DNA of 64,000 bases from Microcoleus sp. AS-A8 (GCA_039962225.1 JAMPKV010000010.1:265924-329923); one strand, 5' to 3'. Numbered from the stretch's first letter, positions 27,901 to 36,766 are shown. A program made the numbers and translations. The notes: a model not told the origin generated them from the letters alone.

Positions 27901-28760
27901 GCTATGCCGTCAGTGTCAGCGATGGTGCGTTGAATACCACCCCAGCCACTGTGAGTATCCCCGCAGGCAGCTTTATACCTGTCAATGATGCCCCAGTAGC
28001 GACGGGTGACACGACAACCACCAGTCAAAACACAGCCGTGAATATCAGTGTGCTGGCAAACGACAGCGATATCGAGGGTAACTCTCTCAGCTTGAGCCTT
28101 GGCACCAATCCCAGCAACGGCACTGTCCAAATCAATAACAACGGCACTGCCTCAATTCTGTCCGATGACTTCCTCACTTACACTCCTAACAATAGCTTCA
28201 GTGGCACTGATAGCTTTAACTACACCATCAATGACGGCAATGGTGGAACTGCCACGGCTACTGTCACAGTAGCTGTAGGTAAAACCTTAGATGGCACCAA
28301 CAAAGACGATTTGCTCGACGGTACCTCAGGCAACGATATTTTCAGGGGCGGTAATGGTCAGGATACCCTGAACGGATTTGCAGGTGACGACCTACTGGAC
28401 GGCGGCAACGGGAAAGATACTCTTAATGGCGGTGTCGGTAACGATACCCTACTCGGTGGCAATGGCGAAGATGTTCTTGTCGGTGGCGATGGCAATGACT
28501 TGCTAATTGGCGGTAATAGTCCTGACACTTTAACGGGAGGCACTGGCAGCGATATCTTTGCGATCGCTAAAAATGGAGCCAATGATACGATTACCGACTT
28601 CAGTTTAGGTCAAGGCGATCGCATTGGTCTATCTGAAGGTCTGACGTTTGGCGAACTGACCTTCCAAGCCAACAACATTCTCAGAGGCACTGAAGTTTTA
28701 GCGACTCTGACTGGGTTTGATACCACAACTCTTACTCAGGCTAACTTCATAGCTGTTTAA
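24987..28760 (+). CDS. Giant secreted repeat protein (1257 aa). DUF4347-like N-terminal domain, right-handed beta-helix (choice-of-anchor-Q/PbH1-like NxTxxxNxAxxGGGI repeats), cadherin-like VNDAP modules, C-terminal RTX nonapeptides.
   Basis: N-terminus ...IHIVSHGAPGAIYIGNRELSLETLNQYGSELLSWADWLASDAEVLIYGCEVAKGDRGQAFIHRLSELTGAAIAAS matches the DUF4347 pattern. Beta-helix turns read VTNSTVSDNTATDLGGGI / INSTIFNNTAGNSGGGIY / VSNSTVSGNRSNNNGGGIYN, ending DIGAFEVQ. RTX: GGNGQDTLNGFAGDDLLDGGNGKDTLNGGVGNDTLLGGNGEDVLVGGDGNDLLIGG. Confidence 0.85.
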   Translation: MEFFTTIQNDNSQDGMSWEIGTALRSRRNDEIAISDSGCRVASHKQNVDEVRQVLSGIAFIDSGLDDYQSLVAGVASGIEVVVLDSTQDGVEQISRALAQRQRIGSIHIVSHGAPGAIYIGNRELSLETLNQYGSELLSWADWLASDAEVLIYGCEVAKGDRGQAFIHRLSELTGAAIAASATLTGSSERGGNWELEFNTGSSEASEVFQPWTQTAYSHVLATFSVTNTNDSGAGSLRQAILDANAAAGADTIEFSGSIFTDATPDTINLTSGTLNITGDTTITGTGASNLSIARSSSASNFGIFNITGANVNLSSLTVTNGVSNLAGGIFYQGAGTLNLTNTVVSGNRGSNGAGLWVNGTGAANVVNSTFANNTAPGGLGGGILLNTATTINIIDSQITGNSAASGGGINNNAQGGIINVTNSTVSDNTATDLGGGISNRYHQVNVINSTIFNNTAGNSGGGIYHQSGTFTVSNSTVSGNRSNNNGGGIYNDLSGAVMNLLNSTITNNIADNDNNGSGNGGGVARNTGTVNVKNTIIAGNFDSPNANTATENPDVSGIFNNQGNNLIGINTGSNFVAGGLIGSAANPVDALLAPLANNGGSTLTHALLSGSLAINAGSNTSIPADTADLDGDGNKTESIPFDQRDSGFTRLYGSSVDIGAFEVQPPSNTPPTLSAPVTVSATEDDAPLSVNLLANASDPNAGDTLNATNLTLTSGNAAGVTINGNSLSVDPSAYNSLSAGENEVITYSYNIIDGNGGSVSQTATLTINGVNDAPVLTTNTLSITEGGTVTLSSTNLNTNDPDNTPAQLLYTISNISGGSFSGTGVTNNSNGSVSFSQEAINNGLVQFTHDGGENPPSYAVSVSDGALNTTPATVTIPAGSFTPVNDAPVLATNTLTITEGGTVTLSSTNLNTSDSDNTPAQLLYTISNISSGSFSGTGVTTNSNGTVSFSQDAINNGLVQFTHDGGENPPSYAVSVSDGALNTTPATVSIPAGSFIPVNDAPVATGDTTTTSQNTAVNISVLANDSDIEGNSLSLSLGTNPSNGTVQINNNGTASILSDDFLTYTPNNSFSGTDSFNYTINDGNGGTATATVTVAVGKTLDGTNKDDLLDGTSGNDIFRGGNGQDTLNGFAGDDLLDGGNGKDTLNGGVGNDTLLGGNGEDVLVGGDGNDLLIGGNSPDTLTGGTGSDIFAIAKNGANDTITDFSLGQGDRIGLSEGLTFGELTFQANNILRGTEVLATLTGFDTTTLTQANFIAV

Positions 28761-28840
28761 TCTCGATCGCCCAACCGCTTGGTACTCTGTAACACCAATC
28801 CTGTTGGGTGCGATCGCTATCGCCATCATAGTCTCCGACC

Positions 28841-28865
28841 CAGCATGAGTTCTTTGCTCATGCTG
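28841..28865 (+). terminator. Intrinsic terminator candidate downstream of the second giant gene
   Basis: CAGCATGAG-TTCTTTG-CTCATGCTG (9-bp stem) followed by GATTATTGCTTTTCC. Confidence 0.5.
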
Positions 28866-29074
28866 GATTATTGCTTTTCCCTTACTTTTTCTTTACTTTT
28901 TCTCTGTTTACTATTGGAATTATTCCCTGTTAAATATAGAATACCAAAATAAAAAATCAAATTTATATTTTTAGGCTTCTTATGAAGAAATAAAAAATAA
29001 TTTGATTTTTGGTTAAATTAGGTTTTGAATTTTAACCTTGCTTGGAGTAGTTCGTTGGAGCTACCAATCTTGAA

Positions 29075-30436
29075 ATGTATATTTCTAGTTCAATAGCCAT
29101 GAAAGAGAGCCATGACGGCTTAGATTTTATCGAAAAATTAATTTATGTAAAAACAGGGAAATCTCTCAATAATATTCAAAAAGCTGTATTACAGCAATTT
29201 TGGCAAGATTCCAGAAAAACCTATGAAGAATTTGCTAAAGAATTAGAATATTCTGCTAGTTATATCCAGCAAACAGTTGCTCCTCAGCTCTGGCGTCTCT
29301 TGTCAGAGATATTAGGCGAAAAAGTCAGTAAAATTAATTTTCGTTCTATCGTAGAAAGGCAGTGGTTAAACCAAGTTTTGAGTAAAAGTGATAACCTGAT
29401 TGAGCCACCAATGCTAGAATTGATGGACTTAGAATTTCCAGAGGGACGAGTTTCTCTAAGTTCCCCATTTTACATAGAGCGAGTTCCCCACGAAAGCAGG
29501 TGCTATGCAGAAATTGTTAAACCAGGAGCCTTTATCCATATCCAAGCACCCAAGCAAATGGGCAAAACTTCTTTGTTGGGAAGGATTCTTGCTTATGCAA
29601 CAAGGCTAGGCTATCAAACAGCCAGCTTGAACTTGCACAGAGCAGATCAATCGATTCTCACAAACCTAGATAAGTTGTTGCGGTGGTTTGCCTGGGAAGT
29701 CAGTCATAAACTAAAACTAAATCCCAAATTGGATGACTATTGGTATGAAGATTTGGGCAGTAAGGCGAGCTGCACAAACTATTTTCAAGACTATCTATTA
29801 GAACAAATCAATTGCCCCTTTTTCTTAGCAATGGATGAGGTGAATGAAATTTTTCAAAATCCGCAAATTGCCCAAGATTTTTTATCACTTTTGCGTTCTT
29901 GGCATGAAGAATCAAAAGACAACAAAATTTGGCAAAAACTCCGCTTGGTAGTTGTTAATTGCACAGAAGCTTATGTGTCTCTAAATATTAATAAATCTCC
30001 ATTTAAGGTAGGGATACAAATTCAGTTGGACTCATTTACCTGGGAGCAGGTACAGGATGTAGCCCAGCGTCATCGACTCGATCTATCAATCGATGATTTA
30101 GCTCAGCTTATGTGGTTAGTAGCCGGTCATCCTTATCTCTTGCGTTTGGCTTTATACCATCTGGCTCAAGAGAGTTTGACGTTGGAGGAACTGCTACAAA
30201 CGGCTGCTTCAGATACTGGGATTTACAGCGAACACCTGCACCAAAAATCGTGGTATTTACAACAGAATTCGGAACTAGCGGCAGCGTTTGAGAAGGTTTT
30301 AAAGGCAAAAGCTCCCATTGAGTTGGAGCAGGTACAGGCGTTCAAGTTGCACAGTATTGGGCTGGTGAAAATGGAAGACAAGCTAGCAATGACTAGCTGT
30401 AATTTGTATCAGCAGTATTTTGGCGATCGCTCTTAA
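29075..30436 (+). CDS. AAA-like (AAA_35-type) P-loop NTPase with N-terminal HTH-like module
   Basis: Walker A QAPKQMGKTSLLGRIL, Walker B FFLAMDEVNEIF. N-terminus LNNIQKAVLQQFWQDSRKTYEEFAKELEYSASYIQQTVAPQLWRLL. The gene and its flanks (28860-30440) are visibly lower in GC than their surroundings. Confidence 0.7.
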   Translation: MYISSSIAMKESHDGLDFIEKLIYVKTGKSLNNIQKAVLQQFWQDSRKTYEEFAKELEYSASYIQQTVAPQLWRLLSEILGEKVSKINFRSIVERQWLNQVLSKSDNLIEPPMLELMDLEFPEGRVSLSSPFYIERVPHESRCYAEIVKPGAFIHIQAPKQMGKTSLLGRILAYATRLGYQTASLNLHRADQSILTNLDKLLRWFAWEVSHKLKLNPKLDDYWYEDLGSKASCTNYFQDYLLEQINCPFFLAMDEVNEIFQNPQIAQDFLSLLRSWHEESKDNKIWQKLRLVVVNCTEAYVSLNINKSPFKVGIQIQLDSFTWEQVQDVAQRHRLDLSIDDLAQLMWLVAGHPYLLRLALYHLAQESLTLEELLQTAASDTGIYSEHLHQKSWYLQQNSELAAAFEKVLKAKAPIELEQVQAFKLHSIGLVKMEDKLAMTSCNLYQQYFGDRS

Positions 30437-30474
30437 ATAGGCTGCCACGTACCTTACACGTAAAAACCTAGCTT

Positions 30475-31170
30475 TCAACTACCTTCTAAAGCCATCTCTC
30501 CCCTGTTGACTCGTTCGGAGTCAGTTTCTGGCAAAGACGGACGCAGGCAGAGATAGACGAGTGGGCCAAACAGAGGTACCAGCGCCACAGCCCAAAAGAT
30601 ACGAGCATCTATGAGACCTCGCCTTGCCATGTCATCATCAAACAATGAGGTTAAGGGAAATATCAGACACATTAAACAAAAATCCAGACTGATCAGGTGA
30701 ACAAAGTGCCTTGTTTGGAATAGCTGTATATAATCTCCCCAATCTCCAGCCAGGATAGCGTAGGCGAATAGACCAATGGTAATCAGTAGGAGAAAAACAC
30801 CAGTTGAGCGCCTATCTAAAATTCGCAACCACTTATCCTTTTTTCCGGAGAATTCTTGATTCGGTTTCCGTAAAATTAAATAGGGCAGCAGACAAAGTAC
30901 TCCGGTTCCATTTGACCCAATAAAATAAGGCCAAACCCGGAAGTTTTGCATTCTGCCATCAGCGAACATCAGGCAAGCATAGATCATAGGCCAGACACCC
31001 ATTAGCCAGAAAATAGCAAAGAGGATAGCGTTAACGTCTCGCCACTGAAGCGTTAATAGCTTTTTGACCAGAGGCCAGGTATCGGGTTGATCAAGGGGCG
31101 CTAGCCCTATAGTGTAGGTGACAAACCCTACCCATATTAAAAACAAGACAATTTTTCTAACCATCATCAT
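30475..31170 (-). CDS. Hypothetical integral membrane protein (about 6 TM)
   Basis: 231-aa ORF with hydrophobic segments throughout. No recognisable catalytic motif. Confidence 0.5.
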   Translation of the reverse strand: MMMVRKIVLFLIWVGFVTYTIGLAPLDQPDTWPLVKKLLTLQWRDVNAILFAIFWLMGVWPMIYACLMFADGRMQNFRVWPYFIGSNGTGVLCLLPYLILRKPNQEFSGKKDKWLRILDRRSTGVFLLLITIGLFAYAILAGDWGDYIQLFQTRHFVHLISLDFCLMCLIFPLTSLFDDDMARRGLIDARIFWAVALVPLFGPLVYLCLRPSLPETDSERVNRGEMALEGS

Positions 31171-31438
31171 AATTTAAATTCATTCTTTCAAACGCTAAGA
31201 ATTGACTCAAAATTCTAAAGCTCTTACTAAAAATGGGATGAACGTCTTAACCATGTGCTTTTTATTTCATTCACTCTAAGGCTGAGGCGGAATAAAATAC
31301 GTCTGTCTTTAGTCAAGTTTTAGTTTGTCGATTCTGAAGCGTATCTCTTGCCTTTGCTAGTTGCGAGCGCTGAAATATGCCTTCATTTCTATATTTTTAG
31401 CACCTGTGTATTCACCGTGAGACTTATCTTTTTGACCG

Positions 31439-32044
31439 TTGAATGTAACCCTAAAAAATATTTCTGTAGTTAGATCCATCCCTGACTTTAGAAAATATTA
31501 TTTGGCAACGCACGATCGCGAACATCTATTCAGAGAATTAGGTGAGCGCGGAATTTTTGACGAAGCCGCATTTAGGCGAGCCAAGTTAGCCGCTGTCTTA
31601 TTAATGACGGCAATGGGGGTGCCAATGCTCTGGATGGGAGAAGAATTCGGTGAGCATAAGCGCAAAAGTGAAAAGGTGACTCAACCGAATAAAATTGCAT
31701 GGCCGTTGTTGGGAAGAGACTTGAATCGAGATTTATTCGAGTATTACAAAAAACTCATTGCCCTACGCAAACAACATCCAGCGCTTCAAGGGAACTATAT
31801 TGAGTTTTGCCACGAAAATCCAGAGGCTAAAGTGTTAGCTTACGTTCGTGGAAGTGATGCAAGTTCTCGTGTTGTTGTGATTACGAATTTCTCTGATAAT
31901 GTTCTGAATCAGTACCATGTCCCTAATTTTCCAGACGCTGGGACTTGGCATGAGTGGATGGGCAACTATGACGTAGCCGCACGGGAAGAGGGCATCCGGA
32001 TTGATATCGGAGGCTACGAAGCAAAAGTTTTCGTCTGTCAGTGA
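31439..32044 (+). pseudogene. Remnant of a glycoside hydrolase family 13 (alpha-amylase superfamily) gene, C-terminal ~200 codons only
   Basis: ...AAVLLMTAMGVPMLWMGEEFGEHKRK... matches the conserved GH13 region (G-P-M-L-x-M-G-E-E-x-G) plus the C-terminal beta-sandwich. The catalytic domain is absent. Only 268 bp separate it from the upstream divergent gene. Confidence 0.5.
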
Positions 32045-32173
32045 GCTTCCCCAATCCCAAAAACCAATCCCCATCCCTTGCCATGAGCGATTACCCATGA
32101 CCCATGACCCATTTCTCAACTTCAGGCTCATGCATCGTGATATCCTGATGGTTGCGACCGGCTCCCCAGCGTC

Positions 32174-32815
32174 TTGTTACAACGGAGGTTGGCGCTTTTC
32201 CCATCCCTTTCGAGCCTATATAGCAGCCTATCTGCCATGTTCTCATCTGAATTTCCCCAAGAGAATGGGTCATCCGGTAATACGAGTGTTACGCTGACGG
32301 ATGAAGCTGGACGATCGCTCAATTGTTATATTGAGCATTCCCTTGAAGTAGACGGTAGTGAATACCTTTTGCTCCTACCGGTAGACGCACCCGTCGAGAT
32401 TGTTGCGTGGGATGAAAGCGATGAAGAAGAAGAAGCCGATGCCACTCTCATTGAAGATGACGCTGAAATTGACCTCATCTTCTCGGATGCTCAAGCGGTT
32501 CTGGCTGAACAAAATCTGACGCTCAAGCGCACAGCCTATACTCTCACGGTGGAAGGTGAACTGCCTGCTGTGGATGAGGAGGAGATTCTCACCATTGAAA
32601 TTGAAGAAGACGAGGTCGAATTAGAGCCAGAGCAATTCCAATATCTGGCAAGCTTCTATCATGAGGAACAGGAGTATGGAATTTACACTCCCCTCGATCC
32701 CCTGCTATTTTTTGCACAACGGGACAAAACAGGTCAACCTGTGTTGCTTTCCCCGGAGGAGTTCAAAAAAGTGCAGCCCTTGCTAGAAGAATTGCTCTTT
32801 GATGATCTCGAATAG
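32174..32815 (+). CDS. Conserved cyanobacterial acidic protein of unknown function (DUF3727-like; assignment uncertain). Probable true start at ATG 32237.
   Basis: Highly acidic (WDESDEEEEADATLIEDDAEIDLIF...EIEEDEVELEPEQF). The N-terminal 21 codons of the ORF are probably an ORF-caller extension. Confidence 0.55.
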   Translation: MLQRRLALFPSLSSLYSSLSAMFSSEFPQENGSSGNTSVTLTDEAGRSLNCYIEHSLEVDGSEYLLLLPVDAPVEIVAWDESDEEEEADATLIEDDAEIDLIFSDAQAVLAEQNLTLKRTAYTLTVEGELPAVDEEEILTIEIEEDEVELEPEQFQYLASFYHEEQEYGIYTPLDPLLFFAQRDKTGQPVLLSPEEFKKVQPLLEELLFDDLE

Positions 32816-32879
32816 AGCAAAGCTTCTCCCAGGACGGTAAAACCTCTCAGGGGAAAGTGATTATTTACGGCACCAGGTT

Positions 32880-33968
32880 ATGAAAGCGGTCAGTAGCATA
32901 TCCAAATGGTTATTTTATCTGGCTCTCCTGCCAGCAGTACTCTTCATGGGTGCATGGCAGGGGTGGGAGTGGTGGAGCTGGGCGCAGTCACCTGTGATCA
33001 GTCCATCCTCAAAGGCCGGGGAGGATAAAGCCGTACAAATTCAGATTCCCCCAGGAACAGCAGCTCAGAAGATTGGCAAAGATCTGGAGGCGGCTGGTGT
33101 AATTCGTTCTTACCAAGCTTGGAAACTGTGGACGTATTGGCTGCGGTTTCAGGATAAGCAGGGTGGCTTTAAAGCGGGGACTTACAAACTATCACCCGCA
33201 CAACCTCTAACTGCGATCGCCGACAAAATTTGGGCGGGTGAGGTGATGGAAGTCTCGTTCACCATTCCCGAAGGTTGGTCGCTCCAGCAGATGGCCACTT
33301 ACTTTGAATCCCTAGGATATTTCAAAGCGCAAGACTTTCTCAATGCCGCAAGCCAAATTCCCAAGGATAAGTACCCCTGGTTACCCGATAACTTGCCCCA
33401 TCTGGAAGGGTTTTTGTACCCAGACACCTATCAGTTGCCGAGCGATCGCATGTCTGCCTCACAAGTGGTCCAACAAATGCTCAGCCGCTTTGAGCAGGTG
33501 GCGCTACCCTTGTATGAACAGGGACGAAATCAAACTAAACTTACCCTTTTCCAGTGGGTTACCTTAGCCAGCATTGTGGAAAAAGAGGCGGTAATTGCTA
33601 CCGAACGCCCACGCATTGCTGGTGTTTTTACCGGCCGTTTACAAAAAGGGATGAAACTCGAAACCGATCCAACGGTTGAGTATGGGTTAGGCATTCGACA
33701 AACCATGGAGCAACCCCTAACCTTTGCCCAGGTGAAAACCCCTTCTCCCTACAACACCTATCTCAACCCTGGACTCCCCCCGACACCCATTGCGAGTCCG
33801 GGTGTAGCCAGCTTAAAAGCCGCTCTCTATCCCGAAAAGACCGATTATGTTTTCTTCGTTGCCCGGTATGATGGCTCTCACGTTTTTAGTAAAACCCTAG
33901 CCGAACACCAAGCCGCTACAGCTGCCATTCGCCAACAAATTAACTCCCAGCAAAAACCCGCCTCTTAA
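32880..33968 (+). CDS. mltG: Endolytic murein transglycosylase MltG (YceG family)
   Basis: N-terminal TM helix, then an YceG-like domain (…FTIPEGWSLQQMATYFESLGYF…GLPPTPIASPG). 362 aa. Confidence 0.8.
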   Translation: MKAVSSISKWLFYLALLPAVLFMGAWQGWEWWSWAQSPVISPSSKAGEDKAVQIQIPPGTAAQKIGKDLEAAGVIRSYQAWKLWTYWLRFQDKQGGFKAGTYKLSPAQPLTAIADKIWAGEVMEVSFTIPEGWSLQQMATYFESLGYFKAQDFLNAASQIPKDKYPWLPDNLPHLEGFLYPDTYQLPSDRMSASQVVQQMLSRFEQVALPLYEQGRNQTKLTLFQWVTLASIVEKEAVIATERPRIAGVFTGRLQKGMKLETDPTVEYGLGIRQTMEQPLTFAQVKTPSPYNTYLNPGLPPTPIASPGVASLKAALYPEKTDYVFFVARYDGSHVFSKTLAEHQAATAAIRQQINSQQKPAS

Positions 33969-34094
33969 TCGTTCCTCACGAACGCTGATTGAGTGGGGCA
34001 TTTCCTCTGCTTGTGAGCCAGGGCGCACACCGCTAGAACTCTAGTGCAGCGCGGCGGAAATAACTATCCAGTTGACAAAGGCAATAAGGCTTAC

Positions 34095-34145
34095 TGTACA
34101 AGCAATGTTGCTTCTGCCTTCTGCCTCCTGCCTTCTGCCTTTTTG
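34095..34145. repeat. CTGCCTTCTGCC-type short tandem/dispersed repeat (related copy at 13537-13575)
   Basis: gcttctgccttctgcctcctgccttctgcctttttg here, versus ccttttgccttttgccctctgccctctgccttttttg at 13537. The flanking CACTAGTGCAG motif occurs 3 times within 34035-34275. Confidence 0.6.
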
Positions 34146-34554
34146 CACTAGTGCAGACTGGCAGAAATAATCCACCAGTTTTTTTGTAGGTGTTTCTCCC
34201 ATCCTCACGTTTAGTTCCAGTCCCAATCTCCCACTCCCCCACTCCTTCCACCTAGCTGGTGGGGAACTTTCGCCGCCTTGCACTAGGGCGGGCTTTCCGG
34301 CTCACCCCATAAAAACACCAACCATGGGGAAACCCCAAAATCTTACTTCCTCCAGATTGGGCATTGCCAGAGCAAGTGAGTAAGATGCGTTTAGGTTATA
34401 CCATTTTGGATGCGAGAATTTGAGATTTTAGATTTTAACAGCCTTGCCATTAGGGGTTTCAGAAATTTAAATTAGACAAGTTCATCCCCCAACTGGGATT
34501 AAACGTTTCAAATCTCTCAATTTTTTCCAAATCTTAAGCATTTAATCAATCCTC

Positions 34555-35118
34555 ATGTCTTGGCTATCTTACTTACAACCCGATTTAATTCTTGGTGGCC
34601 CTATCCTAGGTCTCACCCCAGAAATCTTACAGAAATATCAGATTAGAGGTTTAGTTCTGGATGTTGATGAAACTTTAGTCCCTCTACGCTCTCAAGAGGC
34701 GTCTGCGGAACTCAGAGAGTGGGTAGAGCAAATTCGACAAGTGGTGTCCCTGTGGCTAGTCAGTAACAATCTCAGCGAGAGTCGGATTCGCAGTATTGCT
34801 AATTCCCTCAATTTGCCTTACATCTTGGCGGCTAGCAAACCCTCGCGGCGAAAGTTAAAACAAGCCGCAACAGCGATGAATCTCCCCGTAGAGCAGGTCG
34901 CCATGGTCGGCGATCGCTTGTTCACGGACGTGCTGGCCGGAAATCGTCTGGGGATGTTCACCATCCTTGTCGAACCAATGGTAGACCCCAGCGTCACTGA
35001 GCCTTCATATCCAACTCATGACTTTGAAGTTTGGCTGACGCAAGCCTTAGGTGTCTCAATCCCAGCTCAGAAACAAAACTTCAAAAAACATGACGAATCA
35101 AGAAAATCAGAAACATAA
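34555..35118 (+). CDS. YqeG-family HAD-IIIA phosphatase
   Basis: DVDETLVP motif I, VSNN, GDRLFTDVLAGNRLGMFTILVEP. 187 aa. Confidence 0.75.
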   Translation: MSWLSYLQPDLILGGPILGLTPEILQKYQIRGLVLDVDETLVPLRSQEASAELREWVEQIRQVVSLWLVSNNLSESRIRSIANSLNLPYILAASKPSRRKLKQAATAMNLPVEQVAMVGDRLFTDVLAGNRLGMFTILVEPMVDPSVTEPSYPTHDFEVWLTQALGVSIPAQKQNFKKHDESRKSET

Positions 35119-35485
35119 AGAAAACATTACGATAGTGTAAACGCTGAGAAAGTCATGAGATATTTACATTAGTTCAAATGGGGTCAGCCCATATAAAGAC
35201 CCTAAACATATTAAAACCCTAATAAATCTCTAGAGTGTCCAGCTTAAAACCGATATGAGCTGGGCGCTCTAGAGTTTTGTCTGTTTAAAAAAATTTTAAC
35301 CTATACCCTTGTAGGTGTTAATTTTACAAGCATTCCCAGTCGAGAATTGTAGATCATCAAATGTAACAAATCTTTTCTCCAGAGGGTAATCGGGAGTTGT
35401 CCGTTAGCAAGTTGCACCTGAGCAAGTTATAAAGTTATTTGTCTAACCTTCTCACATTCCAATCTTCAACCTTCAACATCGCCTC

Positions 35486-36598
35486 ATGTCCCAAACGATT
35501 GTTGTTAAAGTTGGTACCTCCAGCCTTACCCAACCACAAACCGGTCAGCTAGCACTCTCAACCATTGCCAAGCTCGTTGAAACTCTCACGCATCTACGCT
35601 CCTCAGGTCATGGCATCGTTCTAGTGACCTCTGGGGCTGTGGGTGTTGGTTGTGCGCGGTTGGGGTTAAAGTCCCGACCTCAGACAATGGCTCTCAAACA
35701 AGCCGTGGCAGCAGTCGGACAGGGACGCTTGATGCGAATTTACGACGATTTCTTTACCAGCTTGCAACAACCAATCGCACAAATCCTCCTCAGCCGCCGT
35801 GACTTCATTCAGCGGAGTTGCTATGTCAATGCCTACGGGACATTTCGAGAACTGCTCCAATTAGGGGTGATCCCGATTGTGAATGAAAATGACACCGTTG
35901 CTGTTGAGGAACTCAAGTTCGGAGATAACGATACTCTCAGCGCTTTAGTCGCTAGCCTAATTCAAGCCGACTGGCTGTTTTTGCTCACGGATGTAGACCG
36001 GCTGTACTCCGCCGATCCACGCCAGGTACCCGATGCTCAGCCCATTACCCTGGTAAACAGCATGGAGCACTTAGCCGAACTTCAGATCCAAACCGGAGAA
36101 TCCGGCTCCCAGTGGGGGACGGGTGGCATGGTGACCAAAATTTCAGCGGCGCGGATTGCCACCAATGCCGGTGTGAGGACTGTAATCACAGAAGGACGAT
36201 ACCCTGAATCGATCGAAAAAATTTTACAGGGAGAACCCCTCGGTACCCAGTTTGAACCCCAACCTCGGACTGAAAATGCCCGTAAGCGTTGGATTGCTCA
36301 CAGTTTAGTGCCTGTGGGTAAACTGTATCTTGATTATGGAGCTGTAGCGGCAATTTGTCAGGCGGGGAAATCTCTATTAGCGGCTGGGATTACAGGCATT
36401 GAGGGGGAGTTTCACGCTTCCGAGGCGGTACAGTTATGCGACGGCAGTGGCGTAGAAATTGCTAGAGGATTGGTTAACTACAGCAGCAGCGAACTTCAGA
36501 AGATTCGAGGGCGCAAATCCGAGGATATTCCCACGATTTTGGGCTATGGGGGTGCTGAAACGGTGGTGCATCGCGATAACCTGGTGTTGAGTAATTAG
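35486..36598 (+). CDS. proB: Glutamate 5-kinase (with PUA domain)
   Basis: [15 protein letters not shown]...[12 protein letters not shown]. Length 370 aa with a C-terminal PUA domain. Confidence 0.9.
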   Translation: MSQTIVVKVGTSSLTQPQTGQLALSTIAKLVETLTHLRSSGHGIVLVTSGAVGVGCARLGLKSRPQTMALKQAVAAVGQGRLMRIYDDFFTSLQQPIAQILLSRRDFIQRSCYVNAYGTFRELLQLGVIPIVNENDTVAVEELKFGDNDTLSALVASLIQADWLFLLTDVDRLYSADPRQVPDAQPITLVNSMEHLAELQIQTGESGSQWGTGGMVTKISAARIATNAGVRTVITEGRYPESIEKILQGEPLGTQFEPQPRTENARKRWIAHSLVPVGKLYLDYGAVAAICQAGKSLLAAGITGIEGEFHASEAVQLCDGSGVEIARGLVNYSSSELQKIRGRKSEDIPTILGYGGAETVVHRDNLVLSN

Positions 36599-36766
36599 CC
36601 TTGAGTTGGCGGCTGGGTAGGTGTTTTTTGGGGATGATCTAATGTTGAGGCTGTATAGCTGAGCATACAAAAGTTGGGTGCGATCGCGCCAGTTTTGAGC
36701 AGAATTCTGCCAAGAGTTAAAAACTCCTGACTAACAGCAAAAGTCCTCTTGCATAGGACTAAAACG

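Noticed and set aside
19120-28760. A complete type I secretion system encoded alongside its substrates
   Set aside because: No ABC transporter, membrane-fusion protein or TolC-like gene is present anywhere in the 64 kb. Secretion machinery, if any, is encoded elsewhere.
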